A DNA stretch of 64,000 nucleotides from Acidothermaceae bacterium B102 (GTDB taxonomy: Bacteria; Actinomycetota; Actinomycetes; JAWWOL01). The DNA is taken from NCBI GenBank assembly GCA_033097465.1, contig AP028633.1, positions 4,142,139 through 4,206,138 of the forward strand. The letters are read 5' to 3'. A program made the translations under genes and the position numbers. The notes below the pieces were generated by a model. That model was not told the origin of the DNA and did not search any database. It saw only the letters and a list, made by a program, of their open reading frames with translations. Below are positions 1 through 10,901 of this stretch, piece after piece (the first letter of the stretch is position 1; each line of letters starts with the position of its first letter).

Positions 1-279
1 CGCGTCGCGGGCCTGGGTGTCGTTGCGCTCGGCATGCCCGTACGGGAGAAAGCGCTCGTCGCCCCACCACAAATCGACGGCCCGCCAGTCGATGTCGGTA
101 CGCCCGCGCCCGGCCGCCAGCGCGCGGAGGGTCGCGATGCCTACCCCGCCCCCGGTGAGGACCAGCGACGCGCAGCCCCGCTCGGCCTGGGCCTGCAGGA
201 CAGCGACCGTCAGCCGCTCGGCAGCGGCCGCCGCGACCGCTGCCGGGTCGGCGTGGACGAGGGCGACCGTCGAGCTCAT
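1..279 (-). CDS. pgl: 6-phosphogluconolactonase, N-terminal part; the gene continues beyond the window start
   Basis: Minus-strand translation from the ATG at 279..277 reads MSSTVALVHADPAAV...LVLTGGGVGIATL...DLWWGDERFLPYGH. This is a typical Pgl/DevB N-terminus. Its start overlaps the opcA stop in ATGA fashion. It was not in the ORF track because it is truncated. Confidence 0.7.
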   Translation of the reverse strand, partial: MSSTVALVHADPAAVAAAAAERLTVAVLQAQAERGCASLVLTGGGVGIATLRALAAGRGRTDIDWRAVDLWWGDERFLPYGHAERNDTQARDA

Positions 280-1235
280 GCGACCGGCGCGGCGTCGGCC
301 TCGGCGGGCTGGGTCTCGCCCTCGGTCACTGCACCGCCGGCAAAGGCGGCCAGCGCGTCGGCGTAGGGCTCGTCGGCGTCGAGACGGCGCAGCTCCTCGG
401 CCAGCAGCTCGCCCAGGTCGCGGATCGGGAGTGGCAGCTGGCGCTCGGTCTGTCCGGGCCGCTGCAGGGTGGCCGAACGGCCGTCGGGCCGGTCGATGCG
501 CAGGGTGCCACTGTCGAGCTCGATGCTCACCTCGGAGATGGCCGGACCGGCCGCCGGGAGAACCTCGGCCGGGACCCCGAGCCGGCTGCCGAGCCAGGCC
601 GCGAGCAGCCAGGCCGAGGCGATGCCGTCCTGCGCCGAGCCCACGACGACGCGGCGGGGGGTGGCCGTGACGGAGTCGAACGAGGAGGCGAGCAGGGCGC
701 GCCACGACGTGAGGCGGGTCCACACCAGGTCGGTATCGCCGATCTGGTAGTCGATGGCCCGCTGGCGCAGGGCGGCAAGCGGGTCGGGTGCGGCGGCTGA
801 GTCGGTGATGCGACGGCTGGCCAGGGCGCCCAGCGGGTCGAGGCCGGCGCGCTGCGGCGGCTCGCCGTACCACCAGGTCACCACCGGGGTGTCCGAGGCA
901 AGCAGCGGGAGGACGACGGACTCGGCGTGGTTGGCCAGCCGGCCGTAGACGCGCAGGACGACGGACTCGCCCGGCCCGAGGTGTCCGCCGACGGTGACCT
1001 CGGCATCGAGCCGCGGCTCGGCGGCGTCGGGCTGGCGGCGGACGATGGTCAGCAGCCGGCAGGGGTGGGTCATCGAGGCAGCGGTGGCCGCCTCGAAGGC
1101 GATCGGTACGGAGCGCTCGTCGACGACGGCGACCAGGGTCAGTACCAGGCCGCTGGCCACGGCACCGGCCGCCCGCCGCTCAGCGGTGAGCGCCTGGACG
1201 ACCTTGCCCGAGTTGGTGTCCCACAGCGTGGTCAA
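276..1235 (-). CDS. opcA: glucose-6-phosphate dehydrogenase assembly protein OpcA
   Basis: 319-aa ORF immediately downstream of zwf in the actinobacterial tkt-tal-zwf-opcA-pgl order. Sequence is OpcA-like (VVTWWYG..., LDAEVTVGG). Confidence 0.85.
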   Translation of the reverse strand: MTTLWDTNSGKVVQALTAERRAAGAVASGLVLTLVAVVDERSVPIAFEAATAASMTHPCRLLTIVRRQPDAAEPRLDAEVTVGGHLGPGESVVLRVYGRLANHAESVVLPLLASDTPVVTWWYGEPPQRAGLDPLGALASRRITDSAAAPDPLAALRQRAIDYQIGDTDLVWTRLTSWRALLASSFDSVTATPRRVVVGSAQDGIASAWLLAAWLGSRLGVPAEVLPAAGPAISEVSIELDSGTLRIDRPDGRSATLQRPGQTERQLPLPIRDLGELLAEELRRLDADEPYADALAAFAGGAVTEGETQPAEADAAPVA

Positions 1236-1266
1236 CGGAGTTCTCCCGTGCAGTAGGGGGTGTGGG

Positions 1267-2814
1267 TCACGGCCGACGCCAGCTGCGGCCGTCGACAGCG
1301 AGCATCTCGTCAGCCTTGGCGGGACCCCACGTGCCGCCGGCGTACTTCTGCGGGATCGTGCTGGCCCAGTAGTCCTCGAGTGGGTCGATGACCTTCCAGC
1401 TCATCTCGACCTCCTCGTGGTTGGGGAAGAGGGTCTTGTCGCCGAGCATGACGTCGAGGATCAGCCGCTCGTAGGCCTCCGGCGACGACTCGGTGAAGGA
1501 GGCGCCGTAGGCGAAGTCCATGGCGACGTCGCGGACCTCCATCGTGGTGCCGGGCACCTTGGAGCCGAAGCGCAGTGTCACGCCCTCGTCGGGCTGGACC
1601 CGGATGACCAGCTGGTTCTTGCCGAGCTCGTCGACGTCGTTGGCCGAGAACGGTGTGTGCGGCGCCCGCTTGAAGATGACCGCGATCTCGGTCACCCGCT
1701 TGGGGAGACGCTTGCCGGTGCGCAGGTAGAACGGCACGCCGGCCCAGCGCCGGGTCTCGACGCCGACCCGGACCGCGGCATAGGTCTCGGTACGGGAGTC
1801 GGGCGGCACGTCCTTCTCGTCCGTGTAGCCGACGACCCGGTCTCCGCCGAGCCAACCCACGTCGTACTGTCCCCGTACCGCGTAGCGCTCAAGGTTGTCC
1901 GGCAGCGAGATGGCACCGAGTGCCTTGATCTTCTCGCGGCGCAGCGCCTCGGCGCCAAAGCTGACCGGCTCCTCCATCGCGACCAGGGCCAGCAGCTGGA
2001 GCAGGTGGTTCTGCAGCACGTCGCGGGCGGCGCCGGCGGAGTCGTAGAACCCGGCCCGGCCGCTGATGCCGACGTCCTCGGCCATGGTGATCTGGATCGA
2101 GTCGATGTGGTGGGAGTTCCACAAAGGCTCGAACAGCTCGTTGGCGGTCCGCAGGGCGAGGACGTTCTGGACCGTCTCCTTGCCGAGGTAGTGGTCGATG
2201 CGGAACACGTCCTGCGGCGTGAACACCTCGTCGACGAGGGAGTTGAGCGTGCGGCTCGACGGCAGGTCGTGGCCGAACGGCTTCTCGACGACGACGCGCC
2301 GCCAGCCGCCACGGACGCTGTTGTCGGCCATGCCGGTGCGCCGCATCTGCTTGAGCACCATGGGGAACATCGCCGGTGGGATGGACAGGTAGAACGCCGC
2401 GTTGCCGGCGATGCCGTGGGTCTCCTCAAGCCGGATCAGCTCGGCGGCCAGGGCATCGAACGACTCGTCGTCGTCGAAGGAGCCCGGCTGGAACCGGATG
2501 GCCTGGGCCAGCCGGTTCCACACGTCCTCGCGGAACGGGGTGCGGGCACCCTTCATGGCCGCCTCGCGCGCCAGCTCCTCGAACTCCCCGTGATCCCAGT
2601 CGCGACGGGCGAACCCGAGCAGCACGAACTCCGGCGGGAGCAGACCGCGGTTGGCGAGGTCGTAGACCGCAGGAATGAGCTTCTTGCGGGCCAGGTCTCC
2701 GGTGACCCCGAACACGACGAACGCGCACGGGTCGGGGACGCGCGGCAACCGGCGGTCCCGGGGATCGCGCAGCGGGTTGTGCGCGGCCAGCGCCTCGATC
2801 GTGGCGTCCGTCAT
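1267..2814 (-). CDS. zwf: glucose-6-phosphate 1-dehydrogenase
   Basis: 515 aa. NADP-binding N-terminus FVVFGVTGDLARKKLIPAVYDL and the RIDHYLGKE motif. Confidence 0.95.
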   Translation of the reverse strand: MTDATIEALAAHNPLRDPRDRRLPRVPDPCAFVVFGVTGDLARKKLIPAVYDLANRGLLPPEFVLLGFARRDWDHGEFEELAREAAMKGARTPFREDVWNRLAQAIRFQPGSFDDDESFDALAAELIRLEETHGIAGNAAFYLSIPPAMFPMVLKQMRRTGMADNSVRGGWRRVVVEKPFGHDLPSSRTLNSLVDEVFTPQDVFRIDHYLGKETVQNVLALRTANELFEPLWNSHHIDSIQITMAEDVGISGRAGFYDSAGAARDVLQNHLLQLLALVAMEEPVSFGAEALRREKIKALGAISLPDNLERYAVRGQYDVGWLGGDRVVGYTDEKDVPPDSRTETYAAVRVGVETRRWAGVPFYLRTGKRLPKRVTEIAVIFKRAPHTPFSANDVDELGKNQLVIRVQPDEGVTLRFGSKVPGTTMEVRDVAMDFAYGASFTESSPEAYERLILDVMLGDKTLFPNHEEVEMSWKVIDPLEDYWASTIPQKYAGGTWGPAKADEMLAVDGRSWRRP

Positions 2815-2869
2815 GGTCAGGCTCCGTGGGCCGCTGGGAGGGGGGACAGGGAGGAGGGGGCGAGCAGGG

Positions 2870-3988
2870 TCACGCGTCCTTCTTCTCGTTCAGCTTGGCC
2901 TCGACGACCTCGATGAGCTCGGTCCAGGACTGCTCGAACTTGTCGACGCCCTCCTTCTCGAGCACGTCGACCACATCGTCGTACGAGACACCCACCGCAG
3001 CGAGCTGGTCGAGGACCGCCTGCGCGTCGACGTAGTGGCCGCGTACGGTGTCGCCCTTGAACGCGCCGTGGTCATAGACGGCTTGCAGGGTTGCCTCGGG
3101 CATGGTGTTAACGGTGTGGTCGGCCACCAGGTCGACGACGTACATCGTGTCGTCGTAGGCCGGGTCCTTGACGCCCGTCGAGGCCCACAGTGGGCGCTGC
3201 ACCTTGGCGCCCGACGCCGCGAGGGAGGCCCAGCGCTCGCCGCCGAACTTGTCCTCGTAGAGCTGGTAGGCAAGCCGTGCGTTGGCGATGGCCGCCTTGC
3301 CCTTGAGCGCCTTGGCCTCGTCGGTGCCGAGCTTGTCGAGCCGCTTGTCGATCTCGGTGTCGACCCGGGAGACGAAGAACGACGCGACCGAGCCGATGGC
3401 GGCGAGGTCGTGGCCGGCGGCGCGCGCTCGCTCGAGACCGTCGAAGAACGCGTCGATGACCATGCCGTACCGCTCGAGGGAGAAGATCAGCGTCACGTTG
3501 ACGCTGATGCCCTCGGCGAGCGCCTGGCTGATCGCCGGCAGGCTGCCCAACGTGGCCGGGATCTTGATGTAGAGGTTGGGCCGGTCCACCATCCACCACA
3601 GCGACCGCGCCTCGGCGATGGTCTTGTCGGCACTGCCGGAGATGCGCGGGTCGACCTCGATGGAGACGCGGCCGTCGACCGTGTCGCTCGCGTCGTACGC
3701 GGGACGCAGGACGTCGCAGCCCCAGCGGACGTCGGACGTGGTGATGAGGCGCAGTGCCTCGCCCACGTCGACCCCGCGGGTGGCGAGGTCCTCGAGCTGG
3801 GTCACGTAGGCGTCGGCCCCGCTGATCGCCTTCTGGAAGATGGACGGGTTGGTGGTGACGCCCACGACGTGGCGGTCACGGATCAGGTCGCCGAGGTTGC
3901 CCGTGCGCAGCCGCTCGCGGCTCAGGTCGTCGAGCCAGATCGCCACGCCGGCCGCGCTGAGCTGGCTGAGCGTCTCATTGTCTGCCAT
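2870..3988 (-). CDS. tal: transaldolase
   Basis: 372 aa of actinobacterial long-form transaldolase ([11 protein letters not shown]..., VTTNPSIF). Confidence 0.95.
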   Translation of the reverse strand: MADNETLSQLSAAGVAIWLDDLSRERLRTGNLGDLIRDRHVVGVTTNPSIFQKAISGADAYVTQLEDLATRGVDVGEALRLITTSDVRWGCDVLRPAYDASDTVDGRVSIEVDPRISGSADKTIAEARSLWWMVDRPNLYIKIPATLGSLPAISQALAEGISVNVTLIFSLERYGMVIDAFFDGLERARAAGHDLAAIGSVASFFVSRVDTEIDKRLDKLGTDEAKALKGKAAIANARLAYQLYEDKFGGERWASLAASGAKVQRPLWASTGVKDPAYDDTMYVVDLVADHTVNTMPEATLQAVYDHGAFKGDTVRGHYVDAQAVLDQLAAVGVSYDDVVDVLEKEGVDKFEQSWTELIEVVEAKLNEKKDA

Positions 3989-4021
3989 GTCGTGCTCCCT
4001 AGAGGTGGGGTGAGAGGTCGG

Positions 4022-6139
4022 TCAGTTGCCGGTCGTCGAGCCCTTGACGCCGCCGACCTTGGAGATGGAGGAGTGGACGGCCGCGACGACGCGGTCGGCG
4101 GTGAGCCCGAACTGCTCGTACAGGACACTGGCCGGGGCGCTGGCGCCGTAGTGGTCGAGACCGAGCATCTCGCCGTGGTCGCCCACGAAGTCGCGCCAGC
4201 CCATCGTGATGGCCGCCTCGATGGACGCGCGCACCTTGACGTCGGGCGGGAGCACCTGCTGGCGGTAGGACTGGTCCTGCTCGAGGAACCACTCGACGCA
4301 CGGCATGGACACGACGCGGGTACGGGTGCCTTGCGCCTCCAGCAGCTCGCGGGCGGCAAGGGCGATCTCGACCTCGCTGCCCGTGGCGATGATGATCGCC
4401 TCGGGGATGCCCGACGACGCCTCGGCCAGCACGTAGCCGCCCTTGGCGACCCCCTCGGCCGACGCGTAGACCGCGCGGTCGACGATCGGAAGGTTCTGCC
4501 GGGACAGGATCAGTCCGGCGGGGCGGTCGGTGTGCTCGAGGATCGTGCGCCAGGCGACGACGGTCTCGTTGGCGTCAGCCGGCCGCACGACATCAAGGCC
4601 GACGATGGCCCGCAACGAGGCGAGGTGCTCGATCGGCTGGTGGGTCGGGCCGTCCTCGCCGAGGCCGATGGAGTCGTGGGTCCAGACATAGGTGACCGGC
4701 AGCTTCATGATCGCGGCGAGTCGGACGGCACCGCGCATGTAGTCGCTGAAGGTGAGGAACGTGCCGCCGTACGGGCGGGTGCCGCCGTGCAGCGCGATGC
4801 CGTTGAGGATCGCGCCCATGGCGTGCTCGCGGATGCCGAAGTGCAGGACCCGGCCGTAGGGGCCACCCTGGAACGCCTTGGTCTGGCGGTCGACGGGCAG
4901 GAACGACGGCTGGCCCTCCGGTGTCGTGTTGTTGCTCTCGGCGAGGTCGGCCGATCCGCCCCACAGGTCGGGCAGCACGGGTGCGATCGCGGTGAGCACC
5001 TTGCCGGACGCGGCGCGCGTGGCGATGCCCTTGGCGCTCGGCTCGAAGACCGGCAGCGCCGTCTCCCAGCCGTCGGGCAGGCGACGCTGGGACAGCCGCT
5101 GGAGCAATGCGGCGCCCTCGGGGTTGCCCGTGGTCCACGCATCAAACCCGGCCTGCCACTCGGTGTGGGCGGCCTGGCCGCGGTCGACGACCTCACGGGC
5201 GTGAGCCAGCACGTCGGCCGGGACGTCGAACGCCTTGTCAGGATCCATGCCCATGACCGTCTTGGTCGCGGCCACCTCGTCCTTGCCAAGCGCTGAGCCG
5301 TGCGCCTTGCCGGTGCCCTGCTTGTTGGGTGCGGGCCAGCCGATGATGGTGCGCAGCGCGATGAACGACGGCTTGTCGGTCACATTGCGCGCGGTGACCA
5401 TCGCGTCGTAGAGGGCTGCGACGTTCTCCTCGTACGAACCGTCATCCTTGAGCCAGTCGACCTCTTGGACGTGCCAGCCGTAGGCGGCGTAGCGAGCGAC
5501 AACGTCCTCGGTGAAGGCGATGTTGGTGTCGTCCTCGATCGAGATGTGGTTGTCGTCCCACAAGAGGACGAGGTTGCCCAGCTGCTGGGTGCCCGCGATG
5601 CTCGAGGCCTCGCCGCTGACGCCCTCCTCGAGGTCGCCGTCAGAGGAGAAGGCCCAGATGGTGTGGTCGAACGGGCTGGTGCCCGGCTCGGCCTCGGGGT
5701 CGAACAGGCCGCGCTCGCGGCGGGCGGCCATGGCCATGCCCACGGCCATCGCGACGCCCTGTCCGAGCGGGCCGGTGGTGGCCTCGACGCCGAGGGTGTG
5801 CCCGTGCTCGGGGTGACCTGGCGTGAGGCTGCCCCACTGGCGGAGGTGCTGGATGTCTTCGAGAGTCAGGCCGTAGCCGGACAGGTAGAGCTGGATGTAG
5901 AGCGTGAGGCTGGAGTGGCCGCAGGAGAGCACGAACCGGTCGCGTCCGACCCAGTCGGGGACCGTGGGGTCGTGCCGCAGCAGCTTCTGGAAGAGGAGGT
6001 AGGCGGCGGGTGCCAGGCTCATGGCGGTGCCGGGGTGGCCGTTGCCGGCCGTCTCGACGGCGTCCATGGCAAGGGCTCGTACGACGTTGACGGCCGCGGC
6101 GTCCGCGTCCGTCCACTCGAGTGTCTGCTTGCTGCTCAC
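4022..6139 (-). CDS. tkt: transketolase
   Basis: The 743-aa ORF has a Pro-rich N-terminal extension. I took the GTG at 6139, which gives VSSKQTLEWTD... and is preceded by GAGGAG. It carries thiamine-diphosphate-binding motifs (GHPG, GDG..EG). Confidence 0.95.
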   Translation of the reverse strand: MSSKQTLEWTDADAAAVNVVRALAMDAVETAGNGHPGTAMSLAPAAYLLFQKLLRHDPTVPDWVGRDRFVLSCGHSSLTLYIQLYLSGYGLTLEDIQHLRQWGSLTPGHPEHGHTLGVEATTGPLGQGVAMAVGMAMAARRERGLFDPEAEPGTSPFDHTIWAFSSDGDLEEGVSGEASSIAGTQQLGNLVLLWDDNHISIEDDTNIAFTEDVVARYAAYGWHVQEVDWLKDDGSYEENVAALYDAMVTARNVTDKPSFIALRTIIGWPAPNKQGTGKAHGSALGKDEVAATKTVMGMDPDKAFDVPADVLAHAREVVDRGQAAHTEWQAGFDAWTTGNPEGAALLQRLSQRRLPDGWETALPVFEPSAKGIATRAASGKVLTAIAPVLPDLWGGSADLAESNNTTPEGQPSFLPVDRQTKAFQGGPYGRVLHFGIREHAMGAILNGIALHGGTRPYGGTFLTFSDYMRGAVRLAAIMKLPVTYVWTHDSIGLGEDGPTHQPIEHLASLRAIVGLDVVRPADANETVVAWRTILEHTDRPAGLILSRQNLPIVDRAVYASAEGVAKGGYVLAEASSGIPEAIIIATGSEVEIALAARELLEAQGTRTRVVSMPCVEWFLEQDQSYRQQVLPPDVKVRASIEAAITMGWRDFVGDHGEMLGLDHYGASAPASVLYEQFGLTADRVVAAVHSSISKVGGVKGSTTGN

Positions 6140-6405
6140 CGGGGGGTGTGCTCCTCTCGTGGGCCGGCGTCCGGGAGGGCACCAGAAGCCTGAGTCTGGC
6201 GGAAACTGCGTAAGCGGGGAGTGGAATGCAGACGAACAATGACGCAGCTGCAAGATCTCTCCAGCGGCAGCCTACCCGCGCAACACGATGAGAAGCACGG
6301 CCCCCGGCGGGTAAGTCCCAGCGCCCGGGCGTAACATTCGTCCTGCATCAGTTCCGGCAGCCAGCGACCCTCCTTCCGCCCTCCATCCCCGAGGACTCCC
6401 GACCT

Positions 6406-7365
6406 GTGACGACTCTCGCCTCCCCGGCTCACGAGGCCACCGGAGTGCCGTCGTCAGGCCGTGACCCGCTGACCGGCAGACGTCAGGTCCGGCCGGTCGT
6501 ACGGGCTCTCGTCGCGCTGACCAAGCCGCGGATCATCGAGCTGCTCCTCGTCACGACGCTCCCCGCGATGGTCCTGGCCGAGCGCGGATGGCCGTCCTGG
6601 ACGCTGGTCATCCTCACCCTCGTCGGCGGCACCCTCGCGGCCGGCAGCGCCAACACGATCAACTGCTACGTCGACCGCGACATCGACCAGAAGATGAAGC
6701 GCACGTCGCGTCGCCCGCTCGCCCAGGCCAAGACGCTGGTCAGCCCGGTGGAGGCGCTGCGGTTCGGCATCCTGCTCGGCGTCGGCGCCACCCTGCTCTT
6801 CGGCTTCGCGGTCAACTGGCCGTCTGCCCTGCTGGCCGACGGCGCGATCGCCGTCTACGTCTTCGTCTACACCCTCGGGCTCAAGCGCCGCACGCCCAAC
6901 AACATCGTCATCGGCGGAGCCGCCGGCTGCTTCCCGGCCCTCATCGGCTGGTCGGCGGTGACCGGCAACGTTGGCTGGCCGGCAGTGGTGCTGTTCGGCA
7001 TCATCTTCTTCTGGACGCCGCCGCACTTCTGGGCGCTCGCGATGAAGTTCAAGGACGACTACGCCGCTGCCGGCGTGCCCATGCTGCCCGTCGTCGCCGA
7101 GGCGAGCGCCGTCGCCCGTCAAATCGTCTGGTACTCCTACGCGATGGTCGCGACCTCGCTGCTGCTCGGCCCGGTCGGCCACGCCGGCTGGCTCTACTTC
7201 GGCTCGGCCGTCGTGCTCGGCGCGATCTTCCTGCGCGAGGCCCACGCCCTGCAGCGGCGCATCCTCCGGGGCGACAACGCCAAGCCGATGGTGCTGTTCC
7301 ACTGGTCGATCACCTACCTGACCCTGCTGTTCGCCGCTGTGGCCATCGGCCAGTTCACCGGCTGA
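6406..7365 (+). CDS. ctaB: protoheme IX farnesyltransferase (heme O synthase)
   Basis: 319-aa UbiA-family polytopic protein with the NCYVDRDID motif. It is divergent from tkt, as in mycobacteria. Confidence 0.9.
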   Translation: MTTLASPAHEATGVPSSGRDPLTGRRQVRPVVRALVALTKPRIIELLLVTTLPAMVLAERGWPSWTLVILTLVGGTLAAGSANTINCYVDRDIDQKMKRTSRRPLAQAKTLVSPVEALRFGILLGVGATLLFGFAVNWPSALLADGAIAVYVFVYTLGLKRRTPNNIVIGGAAGCFPALIGWSAVTGNVGWPAVVLFGIIFFWTPPHFWALAMKFKDDYAAAGVPMLPVVAEASAVARQIVWYSYAMVATSLLLGPVGHAGWLYFGSAVVLGAIFLREAHALQRRILRGDNAKPMVLFHWSITYLTLLFAAVAIGQFTG

Positions 7366-7369
7366 GCCG

Positions 7370-7960
7370 ATGGCCGTCACGCTGTGGCTCTCCCAGGTGC
7401 CCGAGGCGGACGCCTTGCTGGCGCGCAGTCCGCTCGCCCTGCTTATTGGCATGGTTCTCGATCAGCAGATTCCCTTGGAGAAGGCGTTCACGTCTCCGTA
7501 CGTGCTGACCGAGCGGCTGGGTCACGACCTCGACGCGGCTGAGCTGGCGTCGTACGACCCGGACGCCCTGGCCTTGCTCTTCTCCACTCCGCCTGCGCTG
7601 CACCGCTTCCCGGGGTCGATGGCCGGGCGGGTGCAGGCGTTGTGCGCGGCCATCGTCGACGACTACGACGGCGATGCAGCGGCGGTGTGGACCACCGTCA
7701 AGGACGGGCCTGAGCTGTTCCAACGGATCAAGGCGCTGCCGGGCTTCGGTGAGCAGAAGGCCAAGATCTTCACCGCCCTGCTGGGCAAGCAGCTCGGCGT
7801 ACGGCCCAAGGGGTGGGAGACGAGCGCAGGGGTGTACGGGGCCAAGGGCTCGCTGCTGTCGGTGGCCGACATCCGCGACGCGGCCTCGCTGGCCAAGGTG
7901 CGCGCGTACAAGAAGCAGGCCAAGCTCGCCGCCGCCGAAGCCAAGGCGGCCAAGGGCTGA
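7370..7960 (+). CDS. HhH-GPD superfamily protein (endonuclease-III-like fold, function unverified)
   Basis: 196 aa with a Lys/Ala-rich C-terminal tail. Family assignment is by sequence recollection only. Confidence 0.5.
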   Translation: MAVTLWLSQVPEADALLARSPLALLIGMVLDQQIPLEKAFTSPYVLTERLGHDLDAAELASYDPDALALLFSTPPALHRFPGSMAGRVQALCAAIVDDYDGDAAAVWTTVKDGPELFQRIKALPGFGEQKAKIFTALLGKQLGVRPKGWETSAGVYGAKGSLLSVADIRDAASLAKVRAYKKQAKLAAAEAKAAKG

Positions 7961-7966
7961 GGGGGC

Positions 7967-10780
7967 TCAGCCACCGACGCGCGCGACCCAGGCTCCGATC
8001 TCGGCCCGTCGCGACGCCCCGAGCTTGGCCAGGATGTGCTCGACGTGGGCCGAGACCGTCTTGGGTGACAGGAACAGCTCGGCGGCAATCTCCCGGTTGG
8101 TGAGGCCCCGCCCCACCAGCTGGGCGACCTCGTGCTCGCGGGCGCTCAACGGGTGCCAGGCAGCGACGCCGGTGTCGGGGGTCAGCAACCGGGTGGCGGC
8201 TGTTACCAGAGCCGCGGCTCCCACCGCGCGGGCCCGAGTCTCGACCGCGGTCGCCAGGTTGCCCGCCTCGCCATGACGCCGCAGGGCGGTGGCACAGCGG
8301 GCGAGGTCGAGCCCGGCCCAGCTGTCCTCCCAGAACCGGCTCCGTGCCTGCCATGCGTCGCGGGCGCTGACGAGGAGGGCCCGCGCGACGGTCGGGTCGC
8401 CGGCGTCGAACGCGAGGAGGCCGCGGGCGTGGGCCACCGCCGGCAGCGTGCCGGGGATCGCCCGCCGCGACAGCGCCGGCTCGACCGTGGCCAGCCACTC
8501 CGCTGCGGCGTCGCGATCGCCGCGAAGCAGCCTCGCCCGCATACCGGTGAGCACGAACGGGAACAGGTAGGCCGCGTCATCGACCTCGGCCGACAGGGCG
8601 TACCCCCGGTCGCTCAGGGCTATCGCAGCGTCCAGATCGCCGAGCAGCAAGGCATTCTCGGCGAGTCCCCACAGCGGCGGGGAGACGCGCTGCAGCTCGG
8701 CCATCGACTCGCCGAGCCCGAGCGCCTCCCGCAGCAATGCCTCGGCCTCGGGCTGCCCGAGCGCGAGGTAGCCCAGCACGTACAGCGCGGTGATCCTCGT
8801 CGTGACCCCGCCGCGCCCGTCGGCCAGCGCATGCTGGGCGGTCCCCGTCGCCGCGGCCCAGTCACCGCGCGCCCACTGCACGTGAGCCAGATGGGCGGCC
8901 ATGTAGTGGTGGTGGTTCCAGAGCTCGACCTGAGCGGAGTAGGCCATGCCGTCGGCGAGCGCCCGCCCCGCTCGGTCGTACTCCACGAGTACGGAGGCGC
9001 TCGTGCCCAGCATCCGGTACGCCCTGGCGGCCTCGGCCTCGTCATGGGTGGACACCGAGCGGGCAACCGCCTGGGTGAGCATGTCCCAGCCGTCCGCCTG
9101 GCCCGCGAAGACGAGCACCGAGCCCAGGGTGGCGGCCGTGTTGAGCGCGGTCTGCTCGTCGCCGATGGCGTCGCTGAGCGACTTGCTCGCCTCGCCGTAC
9201 GCGATGGCGTCGTCGAGGCGGCGATCGAGCATGTACGCCGCGGCGAGCGCACCGGTCAGCCGCGCTCGTACCGCTTCCACACCCGCATCGTCGACCCCTG
9301 CCAGCGTCTGCAGCGCGGCCTGGAGTCGCTGGACCCGCAGCACCAGCGACTCGCCGAGCAGGTGCAGCGCGGCCACCCATGCCGGCACGACGGACGCGGC
9401 CTCGACCGGTCGCCCGGCGTCGGCCCACAGCCGATGGGCGTCGCGGTACGTGGCCGCCGCCTCGGCGTTGTCGTCGACCGCGGCGGCCTCCGCGGCGAGC
9501 GCTGTCAACAACGCGGCGTGGTCACGGGCGGGGAGGTCACGCGGCCGGTTGCGCAGCGCCCGGCGCAGCAGGGCGCGCGCCTCGCGGTGGGCGGAGAGCG
9601 CCGCCGCCTCGCGCCCGGCGGCCAGCGCGTACCGGAAGGCCGGCTCCTGGGACTGGGCCAGGTCGAAGTGGGTCGAGGCGAACGCGGGGGAGTAGCCGCG
9701 TTCGACCGCTGCGAGAGCGACCCGCTCGTGCAGCTGGCGCCGTCGAGGCAGCGAGACGTCCGCGTACAACGTGTCCCTGATCAAGGCGTGGCGGAAGTCG
9801 AAGCCGGCGGGGCCGGGCTGGACGAGTGACAGCGCCTCGAGCGACCGCAGCGACGCGTCGACGGTCTCGCCGGGCTGCTCGCTGACCAGCACCAGCAGGT
9901 CAAAGTCGAACGAGCGGCCGATGACAGCGGCAGCTCCGGCGAGGTCGCGGGTCGTCTGGTCGACGTCGGCGAGCCGCTGGAGCACGGCGTCGCCGAGTGT
10001 GTCTGGCACCCGCAGCTCGTCGAGCGGCGCGGCTGCGTCGAGCCGATCGGCGGCCGCGGCTATCAGCTCCTCGACATGCAGCGGGATGCCGTCGCTGCGC
10101 TCGTGCAAGGCCGCGAGGACGTCGGCCGGCAGTCGGCGACCGATCACCGCGGAGACCACGTCGTCGGTCTCGGCGAGGGTGAGCCGGGGCAGGCGCACCT
10201 CCTCGGCCAGCCGCTGTGCCAGCAGCCGGGCCCGCCACTCCCGGATGGCCGAGCCAGGGTAGAGCTCGTCGCTGCGGAAGGCGGCCACGATCAGCGTCGC
10301 TTGACGGGCGAGTCCGGACGCGACATGGCCCAGGACCTCGAGGCTGAGCTCGTCCGCCCAGTGCAGGTCCTCGAGCACGAGAAGCAGGCGGCGGTCGGGC
10401 GCCAGGGCGGCCACCGCGTCGGTCAGGTCCTGGACGAGTAGCCGTCGGCGCCGGTGCTGGTCGCCCTCGTCGTCCGTCGGCTCGCGGAGCCGCTGGGCGA
10501 GCGCCACCCCGACGGCCTGACTGCTGCGGTCGTCGGAGCGACGCAGCTGTCCGGCCAGGTCGACCAGCAGCGCACCCGAGGCTTGGGCGTCGCCAGGAAA
10601 GGAGGTGGCCCGCACGACGGCGAACCCGCGCTCGGTCGCCAGCCGCGCCGTCTCGGCGAGCAGCCGGGTCTTGCCGATGCCGGCCTCGCCTGCAACGAGC
10701 AGCAGGTGGCCCCGCCCGGCGGCCGCCTCGTCGAGTCGACGCCGGGTCAGCGCGACGAGCTCCGGACGCCCGACCAGCAC
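7967..10780 (-). CDS. LAL-family LuxR transcriptional regulator (N-terminal AAA ATPase, C-terminal LuxR helix-turn-helix)
   Basis: Walker A GEAGIGKTRLL and C-terminal LSAREHEVAQLVGRGLTNREIAAELFLSPKTVSAHVEHI. The ORF runs to 10915, but I took the GTG at 10780 so the protein starts (M)LVGRPELV like the second LAL regulator at 13292. The start is uncertain. Confidence 0.8.
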   Translation of the reverse strand: MLVGRPELVALTRRRLDEAAAGRGHLLLVAGEAGIGKTRLLAETARLATERGFAVVRATSFPGDAQASGALLVDLAGQLRRSDDRSSQAVGVALAQRLREPTDDEGDQHRRRRLLVQDLTDAVAALAPDRRLLLVLEDLHWADELSLEVLGHVASGLARQATLIVAAFRSDELYPGSAIREWRARLLAQRLAEEVRLPRLTLAETDDVVSAVIGRRLPADVLAALHERSDGIPLHVEELIAAAADRLDAAAPLDELRVPDTLGDAVLQRLADVDQTTRDLAGAAAVIGRSFDFDLLVLVSEQPGETVDASLRSLEALSLVQPGPAGFDFRHALIRDTLYADVSLPRRRQLHERVALAAVERGYSPAFASTHFDLAQSQEPAFRYALAAGREAAALSAHREARALLRRALRNRPRDLPARDHAALLTALAAEAAAVDDNAEAAATYRDAHRLWADAGRPVEAASVVPAWVAALHLLGESLVLRVQRLQAALQTLAGVDDAGVEAVRARLTGALAAAYMLDRRLDDAIAYGEASKSLSDAIGDEQTALNTAATLGSVLVFAGQADGWDMLTQAVARSVSTHDEAEAARAYRMLGTSASVLVEYDRAGRALADGMAYSAQVELWNHHHYMAAHLAHVQWARGDWAAATGTAQHALADGRGGVTTRITALYVLGYLALGQPEAEALLREALGLGESMAELQRVSPPLWGLAENALLLGDLDAAIALSDRGYALSAEVDDAAYLFPFVLTGMRARLLRGDRDAAAEWLATVEPALSRRAIPGTLPAVAHARGLLAFDAGDPTVARALLVSARDAWQARSRFWEDSWAGLDLARCATALRRHGEAGNLATAVETRARAVGAAALVTAATRLLTPDTGVAAWHPLSAREHEVAQLVGRGLTNREIAAELFLSPKTVSAHVEHILAKLGASRRAEIGAWVARVGG

Positions 10781-10901
10781 CGCTGAGGGGGCGTGGGTAT
10801 CGGGCACGGCGCCAGGATAGGTCTTTTGACCGATGGAGGGCTGGGCGCCCTGGGTGACGCTGAGCAGGTCAGCTTCACCCGTGCCGATCAAGGAGACACA
10901 G

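Noticed and set aside
994-6193. Long plus-strand ORFs (994..2916 at 640 aa, 2675..5296 at 873 aa, 5300..6193 at 297 aa).
   Set aside because: They are antisense to zwf, tal and tkt. Their low-complexity Arg/Gly/Asp/Val-rich translations are typical of GC-rich antisense frames. The real genes on the minus strand have unmistakable homology.
4022-6253. N-terminal extensions of tkt (to 6253), the first LAL regulator (to 10915), ABC-F (from 39953), the Sir2 gene (from 59609) and sufD (from 20296).
   Set aside because: The extensions are Pro/Arg-rich, lack ribosome-binding sites and overlap neighbouring genes. Internal starts with ribosome-binding sites, or with overlapping stop and start codons, give canonical protein N-termini.
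8132-9829. 565-aa plus-strand ORF inside the LAL regulator gene.
   Set aside because: It is the antisense frame of a well-supported LuxR/ATPase gene, and its translation is compositionally biased.
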